Source of the DNA: Thermoplasmata archaeon
Lineage (GTDB): Archaea > Thermoplasmatota > Thermoplasmata > Lutacidiplasmatales > UBA184
Direction: 5' to 3'
DNA: 64,000 nt
Assembly (NCBI GenBank): GCA_049591535.1
Contig: JBAWFC010000076.1
Coordinates: 44,929-108,928 of the forward strand
Shown here: piece after piece, positions 37,340-46,373 of the stretch
Numbering within the stretch: position 1 is the stretch's first letter
How the letters are laid out: each line of letters opens with the position of its first letter
Made by a program: the position numbers and the translations under genes
The notes under the pieces: model-generated
The model's input: the letters and a program-made list of their open reading frames with translations, nothing else
What the model was told of the DNA's origin: nothing
The model's database searches: none

Positions 37340-38749
37340 ATGGATGTCAAGGCCCATGCCAAGATCCGTCCGTCCACCAGCGACCTCTGGTTCCTCGCGT
37401 ACCTTCCTCTCGCGATCTCGGACGGGATCGCGGCCCCGCTGATCCCGCTCCTCGCGCTCCAGAAGTTCTACGCGTCCCCGTTCGCCGTCACGATCATCAT
37501 CGCGGCGTCCGCGATGAGCCAGGTGCCGTTCACGATCCTCTGGGGCAACCTGTCGGACCGCGTCGCGCACCGGAAGTACTTCCTCGTCGGATCGTTCCTT
37601 GCCACGGGGGCCGCGATCATCGCGATCGCCCTCGCCCACGACATCCTGACCTACTTCTGGTTGAACATCATCGAGGGGCTCGCGTCCGCCGCGAGCGCCC
37701 CGATCGGGACGATGCTCCTGCTCGAGACCCGGCACAAGCGCTGGTGGCCCACCGACATCGGGATGTTCGGCCTCATCTCGGGCCTCGGGACGACGATCGG
37801 GCTCGCGCTCGGGTTTGTCTGGCTGTTCGTGATCGGCGTGAACCAGAACGTCATCCACGGAATGACGGCGCTCCTGATCCTCTCGGGCGGGCTCGCGCTT
37901 CTCTCCGGGGTGATCGCGATGGCGTGGATCGAGGAGCCGAACGGCCGGATCGAGCGCCGGAGCATCGCGGACCTCGTCCATCTCCACCGCAGCATCGACG
38001 AGCGGATGCGCCAGTTCCGCACCCGGGTCGTCGGGGTGATCGACCTGACGCGCTCGAGCGCGGAGAAGCTGCCGGGAAAGGAGTACCTGTTCCTGGCCGC
38101 CCTGGGGGTCATGAGCGTCGGCTTCGACATCTTCTACGGACCGTTCCCCGTCTTCCTGTGGCAGGACGCCAAGTTCACGGACGCCGGCGTGTTCATCGTC
38201 TATCTCGGCGCCGCGGCCGCGTCGACCGCGCTGTTCTTTCACTCGGGCAAGGCGGTCGACAACCACTCCCCGAAGGGAGTCTTCCTCGAGTCGCTCGGCG
38301 CCCGCGTCCTCCTGATGCTCCTGTTCCTCTGGGGCCCGCTCTACATCCTGTTCGGCCTCGGCAGCCCGGCGCTGCTCGCGTGGCTGACGCTCCTGAACGC
38401 GCTCCTGGGCGTAAGCTGGGCGTTCATCAGCACGGCGAGCACGCTGTTCCTCGTCCGGCTGGTCGGTCGGTCGGCCCGGGGGCGCGCGCTCGGTCTCTAC
38501 AGCGCGGTCGCCGGGGCCGGGGGACTGGTCGGGACGCTGCTCGGAGGTTGGCTCTACGCGACGTACGGCGTCCACCTGGCCTATTCGATCGGGGCGGTCA
38601 CGGTCGCCATCGGTGGCCTCCTGCTGCTCCCGATCCCCTACCGGATGTTCCAGGTACCGCACCCGACCGGCCGTAACCGCGCCCTCTCCGGGAGCATGCG
38701 GGCCGCCGTGCCCCGACCGCCATCGGCGACCCGTCGGGTCGGTCGATAG
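37340..38749 (+). CDS. MFS transporter
   Basis: 469 aa, about 12 TM. MFS motifs. Confidence 0.8.
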   Translation: MDVKAHAKIRPSTSDLWFLAYLPLAISDGIAAPLIPLLALQKFYASPFAVTIIIAASAMSQVPFTILWGNLSDRVAHRKYFLVGSFLATGAAIIAIALAHDILTYFWLNIIEGLASAASAPIGTMLLLETRHKRWWPTDIGMFGLISGLGTTIGLALGFVWLFVIGVNQNVIHGMTALLILSGGLALLSGVIAMAWIEEPNGRIERRSIADLVHLHRSIDERMRQFRTRVVGVIDLTRSSAEKLPGKEYLFLAALGVMSVGFDIFYGPFPVFLWQDAKFTDAGVFIVYLGAAAASTALFFHSGKAVDNHSPKGVFLESLGARVLLMLLFLWGPLYILFGLGSPALLAWLTLLNALLGVSWAFISTASTLFLVRLVGRSARGRALGLYSAVAGAGGLVGTLLGGWLYATYGVHLAYSIGAVTVAIGGLLLLPIPYRMFQVPHPTGRNRALSGSMRAAVPRPPSATRRVGR

Positions 38750-38756
38750 GGCCGGC

Positions 38757-39236
38757 TCAGGCGAAGAACATCTCCCACGCCAGCGTCCGGATGACGTAGC
38801 CGAGCGCGAGGTTGGCGAGGAACGGTTCGAGCTCGGGCGGGTAGGAATCGATCGTGCACGAGCGGAACCCGAGCTGCCCGGTCCCCATCGGTTCGGTACC
38901 GCGAAGGATGACGAACCGGCCGGTGAGCCGCTCGTTGATGACGTACTTCACGCCCCGGTAGTCGATCGTCATCGGGCCCGGCGCCGTGGAGACGGTCCTC
39001 CAACTCTCTTCCCCGACGTGGATCCGGATCTCGTCGTTCTTTCGGTGGTAGGTGACGGTCGAATGCACCTCCGACGGCCGGGCCGGAAGGTAGGTGTGGT
39101 AGTCGGTCGAGAACAACGCCGCGAGCCGGTGGCCAAATCCCTCCTGCGCGGATTGGACCGGGCGTCCCTCCCAAACCACCTCGCCGACCTTGATCTCGAT
39201 GACGTTCTTGAGGACGCGAGCCGTTGCCTGGATCAT
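38757..39236 (-). CDS. Hypothetical protein
   Basis: 159-aa ORF with coding-like composition. No family recognised. Confidence 0.45.
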   Translation of the reverse strand: MIQATARVLKNVIEIKVGEVVWEGRPVQSAQEGFGHRLAALFSTDYHTYLPARPSEVHSTVTYHRKNDEIRIHVGEESWRTVSTAPGPMTIDYRGVKYVINERLTGRFVILRGTEPMGTGQLGFRSCTIDSYPPELEPFLANLALGYVIRTLAWEMFFA

Positions 39237-39277
39237 CGGCCGCCTCTCGGCCGGGACGACCCCCCTTCCTATTAATC

Positions 39278-40615
39278 ATGGTCCAGTTGACCGAGTCTGT
39301 GCCGAGCGGCCGCTGGCGTCCACCGGCGGCGGAACGGCACATCGGGCTCGAGTTTTACGTCACCGACGCACCGGGAATACCCGGCCGACTGAAGATCAGC
39401 GCGGAGGACTTCCGAGTGACCGAGATATCGAGCTACCCGTTGCCCGATCCTCTCGGGACGTATGTCGTGCTGCGTGTCGCGAGTCGCGACTGGGAACAAC
39501 ACGAACTCGCGGCGGCGGTCGCGCACCGGCTCGGACTCGCCCGGAACGCCGTGCAGTGGGCCGGGACGAAGGACCGCCGCGCGGTCTCGGAGCGTCTCTT
39601 CTCCTATCGGGGGGCGCTCCCCGATCGGGGGCTGGGCCTCCGTGACGTGACTCTCGTCGAGGCGTACCGGTCCCGGGACGGGCTCGTCCTGGGCCACCAC
39701 TACGGGAACGCGTTCGACCTCAGGGTCGGGGAGCTCATGACCGAGCCGACGTCGGCTCTCGCCGCGTTCCGCAGGACTGAGGCGGAGCTCCGGGAGCGGG
39801 GAGGCGTACCGAACTTCTTTGGTCCCCAACGGTTCGGAGAGGTTCGCCCGATCACCCAGGAAGTGGGACGCTGGGTCGTCCGCGGCGACATCGCGCACGC
39901 GGTCGACGTGTACCTTACCGACCGCCCGACGGACGGCTCGCCCGGCGTCGGGGACGAGGCGCGGCGGTCGTACGCGGAACACCGCGACCCGGTGCGGGCG
40001 TTGCGGGAGTACCCGCGCGAGTACCGGTTCGAGCGTACGCTGCTCGAACACCTCGCGCGAGGGCACTCGCCCGAGCGAGCGTTCCGGGCCCTCTCGCGAG
40101 ACCTGCGCATGCTGTTCGTCCACGCGTTCCAGGCGCTGATCTTCAACCGGTGGCTCGGCGCTCGTCATGCCGCCGAACTTCCGTTCGACCGCCCGGTCGA
40201 CGGGGACCGGATCGTCCGCGTCGCACGCGACGGAACCGTGCGGGGACCGGACTCCGTGCCCGTCGGGCCGGACAATCTTGCCGAGTGCACGGACCTCGTG
40301 GCCCGGGGCCGTGCGCTCGTCGCGGGGCCGCTGGTCGGCTACGAGACCGCGATCGCGGACGGGCTGCCGGGCCGCCAGCTGGAGGAGATCCTGCGCGACC
40401 AGGACATTCGTCCCGAGATGTTCCGACTCCCATCGGCCCCGGAGGTGGCCAGCCGCGGAGCGTGGCGTCCCGCGCTCGTTCCGACCCCGCCGCTCGCGAT
40501 GGAGGCCGCGGACGCCGCGGTCCGATTCCGGTTCGCGCTCCCGAAGGGAGCGTACGCGACGGTGCTGCTGCGAGAGTTCCTGAAGAACGGAGCGGTGGCG
40601 GACGCCGCCACGTAG
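39278..40615 (+). CDS. truD: tRNA pseudouridine(13) synthase TruD/Pus7 family
   Basis: ATG at 39278. TruD motif FGPQRFG and the catalytic Asp region. Confidence 0.8.
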   Translation: MVQLTESVPSGRWRPPAAERHIGLEFYVTDAPGIPGRLKISAEDFRVTEISSYPLPDPLGTYVVLRVASRDWEQHELAAAVAHRLGLARNAVQWAGTKDRRAVSERLFSYRGALPDRGLGLRDVTLVEAYRSRDGLVLGHHYGNAFDLRVGELMTEPTSALAAFRRTEAELRERGGVPNFFGPQRFGEVRPITQEVGRWVVRGDIAHAVDVYLTDRPTDGSPGVGDEARRSYAEHRDPVRALREYPREYRFERTLLEHLARGHSPERAFRALSRDLRMLFVHAFQALIFNRWLGARHAAELPFDRPVDGDRIVRVARDGTVRGPDSVPVGPDNLAECTDLVARGRALVAGPLVGYETAIADGLPGRQLEEILRDQDIRPEMFRLPSAPEVASRGAWRPALVPTPPLAMEAADAAVRFRFALPKGAYATVLLREFLKNGAVADAAT

Positions 40616-40676
40616 CAGTCGAGGCGAGTCTACTAATACTGCGGTGCGGGGTCGAAGCGCCGGAAGCGGTCGTGCA

Positions 40677-41594
40677 ATGGCGACGGAGTCACCTCGCCCG
40701 TTTCTGCTTCCGAACCCGTCGTCGCGACCGTTCCGCCCGCCGGATCTCACCGACCAACCGGCACGGGTCCCGACCGGGGTCCCGGACTTCGACTACCTCA
40801 CCGGCGGCCTCCCGTCCGGCTCCGTGGTGCTCCTGTTCGGAGGGGCCGGCGCCGGCCACCAGGAGTTCGCCCTGACCTCCGCCGTCCACCTCATGCTCCG
40901 CTACGACGACCCGCACCTGCACGAGTTCTATCTCGGCAACGCGAAGGGCCCGTTCGTGTACCCGGAGGCGGTCGCGTACGTGAGCACGAGTCGCTCGCGC
41001 GAGCAGGTGATGACCGAGTTGCGGGGGGCGTTCGACGGGACGTACCCGAGCGTCCTCGCCCGGCACCTCACGTTCCGCGACCTCTCCCCGTCCTACTTCG
41101 CCGACACTCCGGTACCGTCCGAGTGGTCGTCGATTGCGAGCCCGCTGCTTTCGGGCGCTCCCGCGCGTGCCGCTCCGAACGACGGGCCGCTGCGCGCCCT
41201 CGCGGACGCAGTGGACGCGAGCGGGGACCGGAACATCGTGATCATCGACTCGCTGACCGACCTCCTGGTGCGACGCGGCGTGGAGGCGGCGGACGTCCTG
41301 ACGTTCGTGAAGGGCCTGCGGCGACGTGCGAAGGAGTGGGGGGGCCTGGTCTACCTGATCCTGTCGGAAGGGGTTGCGCCTCCCGCGGTCGAGCAGGCGG
41401 TGATCGATTCCGTGGACGGCGTCCTTCACTTCAATTGGGTCTCGAGTCCCAGCCACTCGCACCGGCAGCGCTCGATGCTCATCGAGAAGTTCATGCCGGT
41501 GCTCTCCCGACTGCCTGCGGAGTACCACGGGCGGTTCGTGATCCGGGTCAATTCGAAGAACGGGCTGGTGACGACACAGTATGAGCGGGTCTGA
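40677..41594 (+). CDS. KaiC/RecA-superfamily ATPase-like protein with a degenerate Walker A
   Basis: DFDYLTGGLPSGSVVLLFGGAGAGHQEF lacks the Lys-Thr/Ser of the P-loop. KaiC-domain-like layout. Confidence 0.6.
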   Translation: MATESPRPFLLPNPSSRPFRPPDLTDQPARVPTGVPDFDYLTGGLPSGSVVLLFGGAGAGHQEFALTSAVHLMLRYDDPHLHEFYLGNAKGPFVYPEAVAYVSTSRSREQVMTELRGAFDGTYPSVLARHLTFRDLSPSYFADTPVPSEWSSIASPLLSGAPARAAPNDGPLRALADAVDASGDRNIVIIDSLTDLLVRRGVEAADVLTFVKGLRRRAKEWGGLVYLILSEGVAPPAVEQAVIDSVDGVLHFNWVSSPSHSHRQRSMLIEKFMPVLSRLPAEYHGRFVIRVNSKNGLVTTQYERV

Positions 41595-42306
41595 ACCTCC
41601 CCGGGCCAAGGTGCCGACCGGCATCGACGGCCTCGACCAGATGCTCGGCGGCGGGTTCCCGAGCGGGCACGTGGTCCTCGTCACCGGTCTTCCCGGCACC
41701 GGCAAGACCTGCTTCGGGCTGCAGTTCCTCCTCGCCGGCGTGGCTCGAGGCGAGAAGGCGGTCTTCCTCTCCCTCGAGGAAGAGATCCCGCAGCTGCTCG
41801 AAAGCGCCCGCCAGTTCAACTGGCCGGTCGATGCGGCGGTCGACAAGGGGATGCTGAAGGTGGTGCGCCTCGACCCGCGCGAGACGCGTCAAAGCCTCCA
41901 CCGGGTCCAGGGAGAGCTCGCCAAGGAGCTCGCCGCCCTCGGGGCGGAGCGCATCGTGGTCGATTCGGTGAGCCTCCTCAACATGCTCAGCGACGACGAG
42001 CCGAGCCGGCGCGCCACGCTCTTCGCGCTGGCCGGTGCGTGCCGGCAGGTCGGGGCCACCACCGTCCTCACGGCCGAGGCCGACCCGCTGCACCCCGACG
42101 TCAGCCGCGACGGCCTCTCCGAGTACGTCTCGGACGGCGTGCTCCTGCTCGGGTACAGCACGGGGGCGGACGGGCACCGCGTCGGCCTGTCGCTCCGGAT
42201 CCTCAAGATGCGGCGGACCGCGCATGCCCGAACGATGCAGCCGTACTCGATCGGTCCGCACGGTCTCGTCGTCGACGCGAAGGCGGTCGATTTCGGCGGC
42301 GCCTAG
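41581..42306 (+). CDS. KaiC/RAD55-like RecA-superfamily ATPase (canonical Walker A)
   Basis: GIDGLDQMLGGGFPSGHVVLVTGLPGTGKT. Walker B hhhhDS. Overlaps the upstream paralog by 14 nt. Confidence 0.75.
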   Translation: MSGSEPPRAKVPTGIDGLDQMLGGGFPSGHVVLVTGLPGTGKTCFGLQFLLAGVARGEKAVFLSLEEEIPQLLESARQFNWPVDAAVDKGMLKVVRLDPRETRQSLHRVQGELAKELAALGAERIVVDSVSLLNMLSDDEPSRRATLFALAGACRQVGATTVLTAEADPLHPDVSRDGLSEYVSDGVLLLGYSTGADGHRVGLSLRILKMRRTAHARTMQPYSIGPHGLVVDAKAVDFGGA

Positions 42307-42399
42307 TCCGCGAGCCCGCGGCCGGCCCTGCTCCGGGAACGACGCGCGAACTCGGCTCGCCGGCCGCTGTCCCCTCGACGGGACCTCGGAGGTCCCCGG

Positions 42400-43827
42400 T
42401 CACGGCGTCCAAGTCGGACCGCCGTACCCCGGAGGAGGGGTAGGCGCTACGGGACCCCCGAACGGGTCGGGGCGGGGCGCCGGGGCCCGTCCGTGCTTCT
42501 TCGCCAGGTAGGCGTCGATCGCGGAGGCCGCGCGCTCGCCGGCGGCCATCGCGTGGACGACCGAGCGGCCGCCGGTCGCGAAGACGCCGTCCACATCCGT
42601 CATCCAATCCGGCCGCGCGCCCTGGGGCCATCCCATGGACGCGAACTTGAACCCGTAGTCCGGGTCGAACCCCGAGACGTCCGCGACCTCGCCGACGGCG
42701 ACGATGATCATGTCGCACGGAATCGTCTCCTCGGAATTCGGAACGACGACGAGTGGACGCCGGCCCTTGGCATCGGGCGGTCCGTGCTCGGTCCGCTCGA
42801 CCAACAGGCCCTCGACGCGCTCTGTCCCCAGGATCGCCTTCGGGGCTCGGAAGAAGACAAACCGAATCCCCTCGATCTCGCCGCCGACCTTCTCCTCCTC
42901 GGTAGCCTTCATGTCCTCGGGACCGCGTCGGTAGACCAGCTGCACTTCGCCGCCCTCGGAGAGTCGGCGCGCCGAGCGCGCCGCGTCGAGCGCGACGTCG
43001 CCCGCACCGATCACCACTACGTGACGGCCCTTGCGGCCGTAGAGCCCCTCGGGCCGCGTGTTCATCGCGAGGAGGAATGGCAAGGCGTGGTAGACGCCCG
43101 ACAGGCTCTCGCCCGCGATACCGAGCTCGCGGGCCTTCGAGGCCCCGATCGTGACGAGCACCGCCTCGTACCCCTCGGCCAGAAGGCTCTTCGGCGTGTA
43201 GTCGACTCCGGCCTTCTTCCCCACGACGAAGGTTACGTCCAGGTTCTTCCAGCGCGCGAGGTCGGTGTTGAGGTCGTCTGCGTCGAGATGGTACCTTGGA
43301 ATCGTGTTGATCTGACCACCGAGGAACGGCTCGGTCTCGAACACTGTGACGGGGTGGCCGCGCACGCCGAGATCCCACGCGGCCATGAGCCCGGCCGGGC
43401 CTCCGCCGACGACCGCGATCCGCTCCTCCTTGCGCTTCGAGGGAACGTAGAGCAGGTCGGATTTGCCGTAGTCGAGGGCCGCCCGCTTCAAGTGGCGGAT
43501 GGCGATCGGCACCCCCCGCCCGGTCATGATGCAGTCGTCCTCGCAGAAGTGGTAGCAGGTCTTGCAGAGCACCGTGGCGAGAGGGTTCTCGCGCAGGGTG
43601 AGGCGGGCGGCCCCATCGAAGTCCCGCTCGCCGATCAGGATGTTGTAGCCCCGCGCGTCCTGCGTGATGGGGCACCCCTGGACGCAGTAGGGCATCGCGC
43701 ATTGCAAGCACCGTTGACCCTCGAGGACGGCGTCTTCGAGGGAGTACGGCTGGTCGATGAGCGCGAACTTGCGAACGCGCTCCTGCTTGCTCTCTTCCTC
43801 GATCGGAACCCTCTCGTAGCGGTCCAT
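42400..43827 (-). CDS. Glutamate synthase small-subunit-like FAD/NAD(P)H oxidoreductase with an N-terminal Fe-S cluster domain (GltD/PreT family)
   Basis: ATG at 43827. Cys clusters in the N-terminus. Two Rossmann GxGxxG motifs (VVGGGPAG, VVIGAGDVA). Confidence 0.8.
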   Translation of the reverse strand: MDRYERVPIEEESKQERVRKFALIDQPYSLEDAVLEGQRCLQCAMPYCVQGCPITQDARGYNILIGERDFDGAARLTLRENPLATVLCKTCYHFCEDDCIMTGRGVPIAIRHLKRAALDYGKSDLLYVPSKRKEERIAVVGGGPAGLMAAWDLGVRGHPVTVFETEPFLGGQINTIPRYHLDADDLNTDLARWKNLDVTFVVGKKAGVDYTPKSLLAEGYEAVLVTIGASKARELGIAGESLSGVYHALPFLLAMNTRPEGLYGRKGRHVVVIGAGDVALDAARSARRLSEGGEVQLVYRRGPEDMKATEEEKVGGEIEGIRFVFFRAPKAILGTERVEGLLVERTEHGPPDAKGRRPLVVVPNSEETIPCDMIIVAVGEVADVSGFDPDYGFKFASMGWPQGARPDWMTDVDGVFATGGRSVVHAMAAGERAASAIDAYLAKKHGRAPAPRPDPFGGPVAPTPPPGYGGPTWTP

Positions 43828-44094
43828 CCCGGCTCCTGCCCTCAGAATGAACTGAGGCCACCGTATCGACGAATCGCATCCCTTTAGGTTCCACGGGTGC
43901 ATGTGACGCTCTATCTCGGCCGCACGGACCGAAGGGATCGTCCTCGCTCGGCCGACGCGGGCGTCGACCGACTGTCGCCCAGAAGTGGGGGTTCCGTCGT
44001 CGCCCGCGACCTCCGCGCGACGAGCTCCGGGCAAGCGACCCGGGGGACCCTGCGTAACGGCCAAGTCGCCTCGTCGGTTCACCGGCCCGAGGCG

Positions 44095-45282
44095 ATGGCG
44101 CTGGACGAGTCGCAGGGAGAAGGTCGGGCTCCCCGGCCGCGCTCCTCGACTCACCCTTGGGTGCTGTACGTCGACCTCGACGCCTACTACGTTGCCTGTG
44201 AGCTGCGGAGCCGCCCCGACCTTGTGGGGAGGCCCGTGATCGTCGGTCCCCCGCCCACTGCCGGCCCGACCCGTGGGGTCGTGCTCTCGGCCAGCTACGA
44301 GGCCCGTGCCTTCGGTGTCCACAGCGCTCAGCCCGCAGCCGCCGCTGCCCGCCTGTGCCCCGCCGCCGTGTGGATCCCGCCCGACCACGAAAAGTACGCT
44401 CGGGTATCGGAGGAGGTCCGTGCGTTGTTGTCCCTCTTCTCCCCGGACCTCCTTGCCCTGAGTATCGATGAGGCGGCGCTCCGCCTCGAACTCGGGACGG
44501 CCGCGGAGGCGCGGCAGGTTGCCGAGCGGATCCAGGCCGCGCTCCGGTCGGAGTTGAGCCTGCCCGCCTCGATCGGGGTCGCAACCACTCGCGCGGTGGC
44601 GAAGATCGCGACCGATCGGGCCAAGCCCGGTGGCATTCTGGTCGTCCCGGAAGGGACGGAGGCGACGTTCCTCGCTCCGCTCGCCGTGCGCGCGATCCCC
44701 GGTGTGGGGCCGAAGACCGAGGAGCTCCTCCGGGCGGCGGGAGTGACCACCATCGGCGATCTGGCGGCGCGACGGCCGTCGGACCTCGCCCGGTACGTGG
44801 GCGGGTTCGCCCGCGACCTCGTGCGCCTCGCGCGAGGGGAAGGGGAGGACCCGGTCGAGACCGAAACCGGACCGAGGTCCCGCTCGACCGACCGGACGTT
44901 CGCGCGAGACGTCGACCGCTGGGAGGAGATCGAACCGGCGGTCCGCGAGCTGGCCGCCGACCTGGCCCGTAGCCTCGAAAAGGAAGGGCTGAGGTACGCC
45001 ACGGTGGGGGTCGCGTTCCGATGGAGCGACTTCTCTCGGTCCCAGCGGAGTCGCTCGCTCGGGGCCGCGCACGAAGGGACCGGGTCGATCGATGCGTCGG
45101 CGGTGCGTCTCGCCCGGGAGCTCTGGGAAGGGGAGCGGGCCGGACGGCGACGCGCGGTCCGAACGCTATCGGTGAAGACCGAGCGCCTGTCCGAACGGCG
45201 CCAGCGACAGGTATCGCTGGACGAGTTCGGTCCTCGGGGGTCCCCGGTCGGTGGGACCTACGAACCGGTTCGTACGCCCTAA
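44095..45282 (+). CDS. dinB: DNA polymerase IV (Y-family, DinB/Dbh)
   Basis: ATG at 44095. Motifs VLYVDLDAYYVACE and the SIDEA block. Confidence 0.85.
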   Translation: MALDESQGEGRAPRPRSSTHPWVLYVDLDAYYVACELRSRPDLVGRPVIVGPPPTAGPTRGVVLSASYEARAFGVHSAQPAAAAARLCPAAVWIPPDHEKYARVSEEVRALLSLFSPDLLALSIDEAALRLELGTAAEARQVAERIQAALRSELSLPASIGVATTRAVAKIATDRAKPGGILVVPEGTEATFLAPLAVRAIPGVGPKTEELLRAAGVTTIGDLAARRPSDLARYVGGFARDLVRLARGEGEDPVETETGPRSRSTDRTFARDVDRWEEIEPAVRELAADLARSLEKEGLRYATVGVAFRWSDFSRSQRSRSLGAAHEGTGSIDASAVRLARELWEGERAGRRRAVRTLSVKTERLSERRQRQVSLDEFGPRGSPVGGTYEPVRTP

Positions 45283-45311
45283 TAGGGCGGGGTCGATGCA
45301 GGGGAGGTCGC

Positions 45312-46349
45312 ATGTCCGAGTACCGCGCCGACCCGGTCACCGGTCACTGGAGAGTGGTCGCGGAGGGACGGCTCGCGCGCCCCAATGAGTACATCGCGGA
45401 GGAGCCTCGCCCACCCCCCGACGAGCAGTGTCCGTTCTGCGAGGGACACGAGGACCGGACCCCCCCGGAGGTCGATGCGGTTCGACCGGGAAACGGTCCG
45501 GCGAACGGGAGCGGCTGGACGGTTCGAGTGATCCCGAACCGTTACCCGACGGTCTCCTTCGAACCGATCGACCCAATCGAGGAGATCCCGCACTCCCTCG
45601 TGCGTCGGCCCGGGACGGGCGTCCATGAGGTGATCATCGAGAGCCCCCGGCACGCACCGGCCCTGCCGTATCTTCCCGCCGACCACCTCCGAGAGGTCTT
45701 CCGGATGTTCCGGAAGAGGGTGCGGGCGGCCTCCGTGCGCCCCTCCGCCGGCGCCGTCGTCCTGTTTGAGAACTGGGGCCCGGAATCCGGCGGCACGCTG
45801 TGGCACCCGCATGCGCAACTCGTGGCGAGCGATGTGCCGCTCCCCCGGATCGAGGAGGAGCTCGGGGCCTTCCGCCGTCACGCGGGGACCGCCGGGAGCG
45901 GTTGCCTGCTCGAAGCCGTCGTCGCCGTGGAGACCGCGGAGGCCACGCGGCTGGTCGCCTCGGACGCTCTGTTCGACGTCGTCGCGCCGTTCGGCTCGGA
46001 GCATCCGTACGAGCTGTGGATCGTACCCCACCGTCACACCCCCTCGTTCGCCGACGCGAACGACTCCGAGGTGGACCGGCTCGGCGCGCTCCTTCCGTCG
46101 CTCCTCCGCGCGCTCGTCACGATCCGACCGCGGCTGTCGTACAACTGGTTCGTCCACGGGGTCCGAGCGGACCGGACCGGCACCGGCGACTTCCATTGGC
46201 ACGTCGAGGTCGCACCGCGCCTGGTTCGCCCCGACGGCTTCGAGCTCGCGGCGGGGACCGCGGTAAACCCAGTGTCTCCCGAGTCGGCGGCGGCCGCGGT
46301 CCGGTCCGCGCTCGCGGAGGACGGACAGGCGGGGCCCCGGAAACGCTAA
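45312..46349 (+). CDS. galT: Galactose-1-phosphate uridylyltransferase (HIT superfamily)
   Basis: ATG at 45312. CPFCEGHE zinc motif and the HPHAQ HIT-like motif. Confidence 0.8.
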   Translation: MSEYRADPVTGHWRVVAEGRLARPNEYIAEEPRPPPDEQCPFCEGHEDRTPPEVDAVRPGNGPANGSGWTVRVIPNRYPTVSFEPIDPIEEIPHSLVRRPGTGVHEVIIESPRHAPALPYLPADHLREVFRMFRKRVRAASVRPSAGAVVLFENWGPESGGTLWHPHAQLVASDVPLPRIEEELGAFRRHAGTAGSGCLLEAVVAVETAEATRLVASDALFDVVAPFGSEHPYELWIVPHRHTPSFADANDSEVDRLGALLPSLLRALVTIRPRLSYNWFVHGVRADRTGTGDFHWHVEVAPRLVRPDGFELAAGTAVNPVSPESAAAAVRSALAEDGQAGPRKR

Positions 46350-46373
46350 TGGCCTTGGCCCGGTCGTGAGACC

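Noticed and set aside
37193-38662. 489-aa minus ORF
   Set aside because: Antisense to the MFS gene at 37340..38749. Highly charged low-complexity translation.
42203-45340. 1045-aa and 890-aa minus-strand ORFs
   Set aside because: Only the 3' 475 codons (42400..43827) read as a real GltD-like oxidoreductase. The upstream extension is Arg/Pro-rich junk antisense to dinB.
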